Assembly (NCBI RefSeq): GCF_021028975.2
Contig: NC_059429.1
Location: 139,128,001-139,172,548 of the forward strand
From: Sphaerodactylus townsendi
Taxonomy: Eukaryota
DNA: 44,548 nt
Direction of reading: 5' to 3'
Shown: positions 22,001 through 32,000 of the stretch, piece by piece
Layout of the letters: the number at the start of each line of letters is the position of its first letter
How positions within the stretch are numbered: position 1 is the first letter of the stretch
Notes under the pieces: model-generated
Database searches by the model: none
Told to the model about the DNA's origin: nothing
What the model saw: the letters and a program-made list of their open reading frames with translations, nothing else
Translations under genes and position numbers: made by a program

Positions 22001-24070
22001 TGAGGGCGCTTCTCTCTCCCAGGGGCTGAGGTCTCCTGCCTTCCCCTTACTGGAGGAATCCCAGCCAGCCAGCTCCTGAGGCCCTCCCACTCACACAGGC
22101 ACCCCACACACTTACAGCCAAAGAGGCGCAAACAGAGAGTGGGGAAGAGACCGAGAAACGCAAGAGGCGGCTGCAGGTGGAACATGGTGTCCTGATGGGG
22201 GTTCTGCAGCCCTGGTCGGAGGAAAAAGAAGGGAGGAAGTCAGTGGGGGACAAACGCCAGCAGCAGCCCTCCCCTCCCCTCCCCCGCCCGGGCCCGCACC
22301 TAGCTCCTCCTTCTGCAGGAGCATCTGCGTGAGGGTCCATCGGACACCGCCCAGGAAGGAAGCGCCCAGCACCAGCAGGAAGCCCTCCGCCTCGAACTGC
22401 GTGGCCCGGTAGGTGAAGAGGAAGAGCCCGCCGGCCACCAGCAGCACCACCAGCACCAGCACCGCCCTCTGCAAGGGAAGAGGGGAGGAAAGAGGGCAGG
22501 CGGGGAGGGAGCAGTGAAGCTTCCCTCCCCTCAAAGGGGAAACCCCTGCAGGGGTCTCCCCACTCCCAGTGGTGAATCCCCTGCGGCCCCCTCAGCGGCC
22601 CCCTGGGTGGTGCCTGCCTTCCCACTTCACTTCCTGGTGCTGGCCTCTCACCCTGCCCTGCGCACAGGGCCGCCAGCTGCACCCTGAAGGAGCCTAGAGC
22701 TGCCCTGCAGGTGGCATGCCTGCCCTGGAAGGAGCACCCAGAAGGGGCCAGGGAGAGCCACAACGCACAGACAGGTGGGCGTGTGGAGGAATCCAGCAGT
22801 GCACGAGGTGGGCCCAGGCATGGTCCCTCCACCACCCAGCTGCGTCTGCAAAGCAGCAGCGGGTGGGGGGTGGGTGAGCAAGGAGGCCAGCCAGGAGGCG
22901 GCCGGTGCTTCGGCCAGGCAGGAGAAGGCCAGCAGCAAGGCGCCTGAGAGCAGCCCAGCCAAGAAGCTTAAGGGGGAGCCAGGGAGGTGCTACCGCAGGG
23001 GGGCAGGGGGGGGGGGGACAGTCGACCACTGGCCAGGACAGTGCAGCCGCCCATTGTGAACTGCAGCAGGGGGTGATCCACCGTGGAGCCGAGGGCAGGT
23101 GACCAAAATGCGGCCCCTCCCTCCCTCCCCAGGTGAGTCAGGCAAATAGTGCCCGGGTTGTCCGCCCCCTCTGCGCCCCCCCTCCCCCCACTCACCGGCT
23201 CCTCCAGCTTGAAGACCAGCTAGAGAAGAACAGGATGAAAGAGGGACAGCGGCGGAGGGACTTGGTCATCCACGTGTAGCTGCAGAAGGGGGGGGGGGGC
23301 AAGGCAGGCTGGGGGAGTCCAGCCCAGAGGTGGGGGTCAGGCAGGGGTGGGGGGTGGGGCGGGGGGTGGGCTGCTCCCCCTCTCCCGTTCCCCTCCCCCC
23401 CCCACCCGCGGACTCACAGGGAGACGGTGATGTAGAGGAAGCTCCAGTTGCTGAGCCCCACGTCCAGGGCCGTCGACAGGGCTGCCCCCGGGGAGAGAGA
23501 AAGAGGCTTCAGGCAGGGCTGCCAATCTCCAGGCGGCGCCTGGAGGCCCCCCGGAATCGCCAGGGGGGGGGGGGAGGGAGGGGCACCCACCTGCGGGCGC
23601 CACCCTGCGCAGGTAGCCCGGCCAGGGCAGGAGCGGGGCCCGCGGCGGCCGCCGGGGGGCGGCATTAGCAGCAGCAGCAGCAGCAGCAACCGCGCAGCGT
23701 CCGCGCAGGCCCCGCGCAGCCCCGCTCAGCGCGAAGGTGACCAGCAGGTGCAGCAGCGTCATGAAGAGCGGGAAGCCGAAGCTCTGCGCGGGGGGGGGAG
23801 GGGGGGAGAGAAGGAGGGAGGGGCGTCAGAGGGGGGAGGGGGGGAGGCGCCGAGGCGCCGCCGGGCTTCCTCCCTCTCCGCCCCCTCCGCCCACCTTCAT
23901 GCAAGCCACCTTGATTGTAGGTAGGTGATGCCGATGGAGAAGGCGTAGTAGAGCAGCACCAGCCCCGCCGTCGCCGCCGCCCGCCGCGCCCCCCCACGCC
24001 GCCCCCATCCCCGCCCTGCCCCCGCCGCCGCCGCCGCCGCCACGGTGGCCAGGCCCGCCGCATTGCCCAT
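16032..24070 (-). CDS. SLC35C2: Solute carrier family 35 member C2 (nucleotide-sugar transporter family), 9 coding exons; exons 1, 4 and 6 contain apparent insertion errors or frameshifts
   Basis: Exons on minus strand, all GT-AG: 24070(or 24008)-23895, 23783-23591, 23481-23418, 23279-23196, 22468-22300, 22211-22116, 16981-16806, 16360-16231, 16144-16032 (TGA). Peptides [70 protein letters not shown]...[40 protein letters not shown] and EVCVLLLA...GISLHVALK match SLC35C2. It lies downstream of ELMO2 on the same strand, as in human. Confidence 0.93.
17700..21684 (+). mobile_element. Ty3/Gypsy chromovirus-type (Sushi-like) LTR retrotransposon, 5'-truncated and heavily frameshifted, in SLC35C2 intron 6 (antisense to host)
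   Basis: Domain order PR-RT-RH-IN-chromodomain, read across frameshifts. Protease end (HSIVLGMP, ~17780). RT: [46 protein letters not shown], degraded YLDD at ~18555. RNase H (degraded DASD at ~19040). Integrase: [49 protein letters not shown]. Chromodomain-like LQYLVSW at ~20800, purine tract at ~20910-20930, then a TGT-starting LTR. Confidence 0.93.
20935..21684 (+). repeat. 3' LTR of the Gypsy element
   Basis: Begins TGT just after the polypurine tract; AATAAA at 21497-21502; composition returns to host-like at ~21685. The right boundary is approximate. Confidence 0.65.
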
Positions 24071-24800
24071 GGCGCCCCGCTTCCCGGGTCCCGGCCAGGG
24101 GCGACTCATTGGTATCCGCCACGTCAAGGCCGGGAGGCCGGAAGGAGGAGAGCACACCCGCCCCCTGGTGGCCGCCGCCGCAGCAGCGGGAGGGGAGGGG
24201 AGGGGGCGCGGCCAAAAAATCTATGGGCGGGCCGGAGCTTTCACGGCATTGTGCGGGCTGGAGCGGGGTGTTGAGTCCGACTAGATGACTCTGGAGGGCC
24301 CTTCCCCTTCCATGTTTCTCTCTTCCCCCAAATGCCAGCGCCGGAACTGGCTTCCGAGATGATGATGAGGGCGGCAGGGGGGCGATGCAGGACTGGGACA
24401 GACGGCACGGACATTTTAACCCCGAGAGTGACTTCAGAAACGTGCAGTTCGCGCAGCTGAGAGGCGGCTGTAGGAGGCCACCGGCAGAGGGAGGGCTGCT
24501 GTAAGAGGGCAGGGCCGCGTGATTCCAGGGAGAGGGGTGTGCTGCCAAGGAGGACGGGGTCGCCCGCTGGAAACGACGGGGGAGGCTGCGGGGCTGCAGA
24601 AGGAAGAGAGGGAGGCAGGCAGGAGGCCGCAAAAGCGCCGGTTGGAACACGGGAGAGAAAAACTGCAACCCCAGAAGGGAATGGACGGGCAGTTTGCGGA
24701 GTGGAACGACGGCCCTGTGGGTAGCAGAGGGTGTCCTGGGGCCGGGACGGCAGCCCCCAGGAAGGGAATCGGTGCCCCGGAGAAGAACCAGGAAGAGAAC
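23300..24800 (-). promoter_or_regulatory. CpG island and promoter of SLC35C2
   Basis: CpG-dense region over exons 1-3. CCAAT (24108-24112, minus), GCCACGTCA (24118-24126), ETS CCGGAAG (24138-24144) and GC boxes. Confidence 0.75.
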
Positions 24801-25070
24801 CAGGGCTCTGGGCTCTGGGCCTGGAATTACCCCCATGGAGCCCACGGAGAAACAGATGGTAGCTGCGCGCCCGTGGGACTTCCAGACACTTTCCCCGGCA
24901 CCCAGCAAGGGCTTCTTGAACCTGGCGGGTGAACAGGCCTTCTGGCGGATCATCCCTTTGAGATCTTGCTGGGGAAGGCTTTTCACGGTTGGAGTTCAGC
25001 GCTGGTTCCTGGTGGGTTTTCGGGCCTGTCCCAGTGGCTGTGGCCGAAGTGTAGTCTTGTGGATCTTGTT

Positions 25071-25118
25071 CCTAACGTTTTTTTTAGCCATGCATCTGTA
25101 GGCTGCCATCTTCAGAGG
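25071..25118 (-). ncRNA. Degenerate second hammerhead motif (inverted pseudo-LTR copy)
   Basis: Minus strand reads CCTCTGAAGATGGCAGCCTACAGATGCATGGCTAAAAAAAACGTTAGG; CUGAAGA is intact but the GAAA box is replaced by an A run. Confidence 0.5.
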
Positions 25119-25559
25119 TGTATTACAGAGGGGAAGTCCTGTTACACACTATGTCCAGAGAAGGGAATGTTTGGGGTATATGAAATTCACAAACCCCAAG
25201 ACAACTTCAACAGGAAAGAAAGAGACTCTGAGAATTAACAAAGCTTGGTTACCAGTACTTAAAAAACACCAAAACCCCAGGGGCAGGCTAAGTTCATGGA
25301 CAATGCTGGACTCCACCCAAAACACAGGATTTTGCATTCCACCGATACTACTGCTGCTGCGGGGCATGAAAATGTGAATCACTCCCACTGGACGTGATAA
25401 TCCCACCCACAATACAATGCTATCAACCACATCTTTGCATAACAAGTTCTACCCAAACACTCAGTGATTGGTTCCCCACCCTGGGACATGGACAATATAT
25501 ACCCCAAACATTCCCTTCTCACTGGACATGGTGTGTAACAGACTTCCCTCTGTGATACA

Positions 25560-25602
25560 CCTCTGAAAGATCGCCAGCCACAGATGCAGGCGAAACGTTA
25601 GG
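25560..25602 (+). ncRNA. Minimal type I hammerhead ribozyme motif in the Penelope pseudo-LTR
   Basis: CCT-CTGAAAGA-TC-GCC-loop-GGC-GAAAC-GTT-AGG: CUGANGA-like and GAAA core boxes, GCC/GGC stem II, palindromic AACGTT stem III, CCT/AGG stem I. Two apparent single-base insertions in the core. Confidence 0.7.
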
Positions 25603-26314
25603 AATAAGATCCACCAGACCACGGCCACACAGCCACCCACCACAACTGTTTGAGATCTGATTGGCTGTGCAGGCAGCAGTTGCAATTTAAAATGTTGTGT
25701 GTGTGTTTCTTTAAGTGAGAGACAGGTTGTAAAAGAAAGAGGGACGAGAGAGTGAGATGATGGGTTGACCTAAGGGAAAGGAGGCAGGCAAGGATGTTAG
25801 AAGCCGAGAAAGCAGGGTCCTCAGATCCTTCTTCTTGTTTATACAACACAGGGTACAAAAGTGCCCAAAGAAACGGGCAGCCTGCAGACAAAGGATGCTG
25901 GGAGGCCAGAAAGGGAGCCAGAGCTTAATCCCGGTCCGGTCATTGAGTAGGAATTGAGGGAGCGGTTGAGGGTCCAGGGACAGAATCGCCTAAGCCTGCG
26001 CCCACAGGTTGTATGGCCCCTCACGGGATTGTTTTTACTCGTTGGACAGATAAACTACTTTGTGTAACCATTAAGGTAACGGAAATATATACATAAAGTT
26101 GTAATTTGTTTAAAGTAACCTAACTAGTCATGTATGAGGCTTCTTCCCCAGGACCAGACGGTCCTTTGACACTGCTCTGCAGCTCAGGCACAGTGTTCTA
26201 GGAGACATTTAAAAAGGGCTTGGAATGAAGTTCCCGGTGGCAGCGATGCGCACCTTGGAGAGAGAGGCAGAAATGTGTCTCTGCCAGCCCCATTGGCTTC
26301 TGCTGGAGCTTGCA

Positions 26315-26550
26315 AGTTTTGGTGTTCACCTTTAAAGGAAGCCTTGAGCAGTCCGGAACCGTCACCCCTGTGGGATCGCCCCTCCAAGAAGGCTCTTTGC
26401 TCTACGGAGAGAGCTGTCCTTGGCCAGAGTGAGAGCTTTCCCAGCTCCGGCTTCAGCCTGGTGAGCTCCTCTGTTGAATGAGCCCTGAGGACTTTTCTCC
26501 GTTCTGCAGGGCCTGTAGGATGGAGCTGTCCCGCCAGGCCGAAGGTTGAG
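26315..26550 (+). mobile_element. Degenerate L2 3' fragment
   Basis: Similar to 27110-27380 (TTTTGGTGTTCACCTTTAAAG ... TTCTGCAGGGCCTGTAGGATGG). Confidence 0.5.
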
Positions 26551-26699
26551 GGCAGCAGCAGCAGCAGTTCGACAGATCTGGCCTCCCTCTCTGCCCCCTG
26601 CTTCCCCCTTTAATTCAGGAAATCTGGTGAAAGCACTATGGGAGGTATTAGGAAAACGTGCTGATTTTCAGCCGAACCGAGTCGAAATGAACTACTTGG

Positions 26700-27860
26700 C
26701 ATAGGTAGGAGGCCCGGTGGTGGAGCCAGACAGGGCAGCTGGAAGGAGGTTCCTGACGGGGGGCAGCTGGTTGCAACGTTGACCGTCAGCAGCCTGGAGT
26801 ATTTCTTGATGCCTCCTTGTCGACGGAGGCTCAGGTGAATTATACCACCCACAGGGTCTTTGCCTGACAAGGCAGCTGGCACCCTCTCTGTCCCAGGCCA
26901 ACTTGGCCACAGTGATCCATGCAACGGTCACCTCTGGGCTGGATTATGGCAGCTTGCTTTAACCAGGGCTACCTGGGGCCTGCTCCGGAAACTCCAGCTG
27001 GTCCAGAATGCAGCGGTGAGGGCCCTGACGGGTGTTTCGTGGCACACACTTACTCATCCGGCCCTCTCCAGCTGCACTGGCTCCAGGGGGAGCACCACAT
27101 CAAGTTCAAGGTTTTAGTACTGATGCACAAAGCCCTAAACGGTCTGGGGCAACGGACCTGTTGGACCGTCTCTCCCGTTACATCCACCAACAGACACTCA
27201 TAACAATGAGTGAAAACTTACTCGTGGTCCCTGGCCCAAGGGAAATCCAGCCAGTCTCTCAAGGGACAAAGCGTTCCACTGGGGCCCTAGCGGAACACTT
27301 CGTCCCATGAGGCTGGGGCCCTGCAGCATCTAGCAGAGTTCCGCAGGGCCTGTAAGACAGCACTCTTCCACCACACACATGGGTGAGGCAGGAACAATTG
27401 GCATTTGGACTCTTCCCCCCCCCCCTTCCATTTTCATTCTTAGTGGTCTTAGGCCACAGGTGTCAAACTCGCGGTCCTCCAGATGTTATGGACTACAGTT
27501 CCCATCATCCCCTGCCAGCATCATGCTGGCAGGGGATGATGGGAGCTGTAGTCCATAACATCTGGAGGGCCGTGAGTTTGACACCTGTGGCTTAGGCAGA
27601 ATTCAGCTTTTTTATTGCCATCGTGGAATTGTAGAAATTATAGGTAGCTTGAAATTTACAGATTTTATTGCATTTACTGCTGGATTTACATGGTGCATTT
27701 ATATTTTTTTGGAAACACTACAAGAGCCCAAAAGGAGAGAGGGGTGAAGTAGACATTTAAAATAAACAAAACAGAATAAATATTTTAGCAGATTAATGGA
27801 TTTGTCAGCCTCCTGGAGCCCACCAGGGAGAGGCCTATAAATCAAATTGTGAATAAATAA
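26700..27860 (+). mobile_element. L2 LINE 3' fragment
   Basis: LLRKLQLVQNAAVRALTG and LQLHWL....IKFKVLVLMHKALNGLG motifs; AT-rich tail ending AATAAATAAAT. Confidence 0.82.
27455..27589. mobile_element. Palindromic hAT MITE inserted in an L2 tail
   Basis: TIR CACAGGTGTCAAACTC/GAGTTTGACACCTGTG with the same core; TSD TCTTAGGC/GCTTAGGC (7/8). Confidence 0.88.
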
Positions 27861-28734
27861 ATGTAGGACTGGGTGGGTGGGCCGCTGGCCTGAGTCTGCA
27901 GGCCCCTTCTTGTATTGTCACAGGAAGTGTGAAGAAGCCGAAAACCAGAGCCCCACCTGCTGCTGCTCGTCACACTTGCTCTGATTCCTCAGGCTGCTGA
28001 GGGTGAACATTTTCCACCTTCCTAGACGACCCACTGCGGACAAAGAACTCTTCCTCCACCACCTCAGATGGAACCATCGAGAGCTTACCGGCCCCATCAC
28101 CATCCAACTAAAGGGGAGTGCTGAATTCCCCGTCTCTCGCAAGCTGCAGAACAGTGAGGATGACCCCCCCCCCCAAAGATGGCAACCAGCTCTGACCTTG
28201 CAACCCAGTCATCGAGCTGGATCCTACCCCCACACGGCACACCTCCAGACCGAAATCTCTCAACTGCCCCCCCCAGAGGCGGGAACTCCCTTTCTCTGGC
28301 CATCCAGTGTGTCCACCACATCTCTTCCGGTCCTTTTCCTCAACAACCGATCAATCAGCAGGAGCTCTCTCTCTCCCCGCGCCACTGCACAGCTCCCTCC
28401 TTCCCTCGGTGGCTATGCAGGACACCCCCTTCACGTGCCCCTGAGAAGGTGAGGCCTGACGCAGGAGAGCTTATGCTGGGACGGCCATGCTTCAGGGCAG
28501 CGATGCTACACCTTTCCTGTTCCGCTTTGCTGCTACAGACCGACCAAGCTGCCTGCCCCACCTGCAGCCAGAATCGTTCAAGCGCCTGCAAGGGCTGAGA
28601 CACACAGTGGCAGAAGGCCCTCCCCCTGCAGCAAAGTGGGCAGAGCTCAGGAAAGCCCCTCCCAACAGGGAGCTTCACCATTTGCACCCCTCCAGAAGAA
28701 GAAAAGAGGTAAAGTCACCAGAAAGGAAAGAGCC

Positions 28735-28740
28735 TTTAAT
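28735..28740 (-). terminator. Probable ELMO2 polyadenylation signal (ATTAAA)
   Basis: ATTAAA on the minus strand about 355 nt after the stop codon, followed by a U-rich tract. Confidence 0.6.
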
Positions 28741-29094
28741 ACGCACGTCGGCGGGGAGAGAAGCGGTGCCTGGTCCGGCCAGCAGCACCCTGCTCCTTGG
28801 GTGCCAGCCAGCGCCACCCCCCGCCCCTCGCCCTCCCGCCCCTTCCCAGGCCTCCCCTGGAGAAGCTGCGGATGTCCCAGCCAGTCAGGAAGCAGAACTC
28901 TCCAGCCGTCCTGTGGTTGGGGGCCGGGGCAGCAGGGGCCGCAGAAGCACCAGGAGCCCTGGCGGTTGCCCCCTGCCATCCGGGGGCCCCGAGGGTCAGC
29001 AACAGGAGCCCCCCTCCCCCCAGTCACTCAGCCGAGCCAGGGCCTGCGCATGCAAGAGAGGCAGAGGCTGGAAAGGCCCCTCCCGCACCCCGCC

Positions 29095-32000
29095 TCAGCC
29101 GTAGTGGTAGACAAAGTCGTAGCTGCTGGGCTCCTTGGGGACGGGGGGAGGCACCTCGGGGATGTGGACGTTCTCGAGGTCCAGCAGGCGCAGCTTCATC
29201 TCCATGCTCAGCAGGGTGTCCAGGTCGCTCTTGGTCAGGTCGCTGGCCATGTCCTTCCCCAGCAGCACGTTCAGGCCGTCGATCCAGATGCAGTACTGGG
29301 CGGGGGGGAGGAGCAAGGGACACCTTGGAGTGAAGTCAGGACAACCAAGGCGATTCTGGGCCCCATCAACAGGAGTGCCCAGGCCGAGGGACACAACAGG
29401 ACCACTCTGCCCTCTATTGGTCAGACCTTATTGGAATACTGTGTCCAGTTCTGGGCACCGCAATTCAAGGAGGATATTGACAAGCTGGAACGGGTCCAGA
29501 GGAGGGCGACCAAAATGGCCAAAGGTCTGGAATCCCTGCCCTATGAAGAGAGACTTGGGGAGCTGGGGATGTTTAGCCCTGAGCCCTTCGGGGATAGGGC
29601 GGTATACTAAATTTAATAAATAATAATAATAATAAATAGTCTGGAGAAGAGGAAGTTAAGGGGTGACATGATAGCCATGTGTAGATATTTGAAGGGATGT
29701 CATGTTGGTGAGGGAGTCAAGCTTGCTTTCTGCTGCTCCAGAGAGTAGGACCAGGAGTAAGGGATTCCAGTGACAAGAAAAGAGATTCCACCCAACATTA
29801 GGAAGATCTTCCTGAAAATAAGGGCTGATCAATAGTGGAATTCAGAGTGTGGTGGAGGCCCCTCCTTCTTTGGAGGTTTTTACACAGAGGCTAGATGGCC
29901 ATTTGTCCGGGGTTTTTTGACATGGCAGGGAGCTCCGTTTGGTGGCCCTTGGGGTCTCTTCCAACTCTACCGGAATGATATTGTCCCAAAGACCCACTCT
30001 AGTCAGTGCTGCAGCTGCAGCATTCCTGTACCAGCTGTGTTTCCAAACAGTCTTCAAGAACAACACCATGTAGCATGAATTGCAGTCAACTAATCTAGTT
30101 GTCATCTGGGGATGCGCCACAGTGTCAAGATGTGTTTTGCCCAAGAATCTGGTTCACAAGCCAAAATTTCCCCACTGCTGCCACCTGCTTATCCAACAAC
30201 AGGACCTCTTCTGCTAAGGCCCTGCTGAAGGTGCTCCCAACCTTCTGGGCAGCAACGTGGGACAGGGCCTTCTTGGACATGGCCCCAAAACTCTGGAACC
30301 CTCTGCCCCCTTCTGTTGCCATCTTCCAGCACAGTGGTTCTCAACCTTCCTAATGCCACGACCCTTTCATACAGTTCCCCATGTTGTGGTGACTCCCAAC
30401 CCTAACATTTATCCATTTTACAGATGGAGAACACTGATGCAGAGAGTCTTAGGCGGCCCCTGGGAAAGGGTCGTTGGACCCCAAAGGGGTCGCGACCCAC
30501 AGGTTGAGAACCACTGTTCCAGCAGAAGGTGAAGACTTCTCTGCTTCATCAGGTGTTCCCTCGGTGATCCTGCATTCCAGTTTTTAATTGTTGTGTTCAT
30601 ATTACTGTATATGTGCTTTTAAGTGTTTTAATTATATGTTTTTGTTTGGTTTAAATGGTTTTTAAGATGTGTTTTTATTATGTATGATTTTAATCCGTTC
30701 ACTGCTTTGGTGGCCCTGAGCTGTGGAGGCTTATCTGGGGAATTCAGATTAGCCTGTGCACTCCCACACACGCCAGTTGGGTGACCTTGGGCTAGTCACA
30801 GCTTCTTGGAGCTCTCTCAGCCCCACCTACCTCACAGGGTGTTTGTTGTGAGGGGGGAAGGGAAAGGAGATTGTCAGCCCCTTTGAGTCTCCTGCAGGAG
30901 AGAAAGGGGGGTTATAAATCCAAACTCCTCCTCCTCCTCTTCTTCTTCTTCTTCTAGTAAGGATAGAGACATGGGAAATAACTTTTGCAAATACATAAAA
31001 TAAACAATATTGGGATAGTTAGATTCCACGGTGGGCAGGATAACCACTGCTAAGAAACGGGGGCCGGGGGAGTTAGGTATTCTATTTAGAAACATAGAGT
31101 TGGAAAAGACCAGAAGGGCCATCAAGTCCAACCCCCTGCAATGCAGGAACACATAATCAAAGCACTCCTGACAGATGGCCATCCAGCCTCTCTTAAAAAA
31201 CCTCCAAAGGAGGAGACTCTGCTACTCTCCGAGGCAGCGAATTCCACTGTCGAAGAGCTCTGACAGTCAGGAAGTTCTTCCTAATGTTTCCCTGCATCTT
31301 GAATCCATGACTCCATTACACTCGATAGAGAGTTCATAGTGAAGGAGTGAATCTGAAGTCACAGGACATCCACATGCGCTTCTTTGGGCCTTCTTGAATA
31401 GATGCCCCAGGCTGGTTTCTGGCTATTCTTTGTCACTGAATTCCTGACAGGTCAGAGAGGAGGAGGCAGTGTAGAGCCCGGTCTCAGCAACACTCGGGAG
31501 GCCAGCAGGGTCCATTCTTGGAGGGGAGACCACCAAGGCAGACTGCAGAGGAAGGCAGTGGCAACCCCCCCCCCCCCCCCCAATGCTTCTCACTGGCCTC
31601 GAAAGCCCCTTGCTGCGGTCGCCAGAAGTCAGCCGCAATCGGATGGCACAGCACAGCACACACGCACACACACAAGACATTCCTGGCAGTGAGACTCAAC
31701 CTGAAAACTCCAGGCCCACACATGTGCCCACTCAGCCAGCACTCGAGCTAAAGCCCCCCAGAGCCACGCGGCAGAGTTCAGCCTTGGCCAGAGCACAGGC
31801 AGCCTCAGCTGAGACTCAGGCTGCAGGAGAGGGGATTGGCCAGCAGGGAAGGGGGGACGTCGGCTGTCAAAGGAGCAGCCAGGTGAAGGGAGAAACTTGC
31901 AGGCAAGGAGTGGGGGTCTCACAAGCGAGAGAAACAGCCCCACCCCCACCCAGCCACCCTTCCCTCCTTCACCTCATATTTGTTGGGCGCAATGAAGTTC

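Larger units (their letters stand above)
25001..25645 (+). mobile_element. Penelope-like retroelement remnant with inverted pseudo-LTRs
   Basis: Inverted repeat 25036-25181 vs 25497-25634 flanks the C-terminus of a GIY-YIG endonuclease ORF (EIHKPQDNFNRKE.TLRINKAWLPVLK, ~25182-25265, one frameshift). Confidence 0.85.

Noticed and set aside
23826-24986. 386-aa minus-strand ORF
   Set aside because: Runs through a stop-poor CpG island; only incidental overlap with SLC35C2 exon 1.
25650-26171. Possible solo LTR ending CTTTGACA
   Set aside because: LTR-like composition, but the 5' end and TSD could not be established.
28636-29610. 324-aa plus-strand ORF ending in RT-like sequence
   Set aside because: Chance fusion of the antisense ELMO2 last exon with a CR1 fragment.
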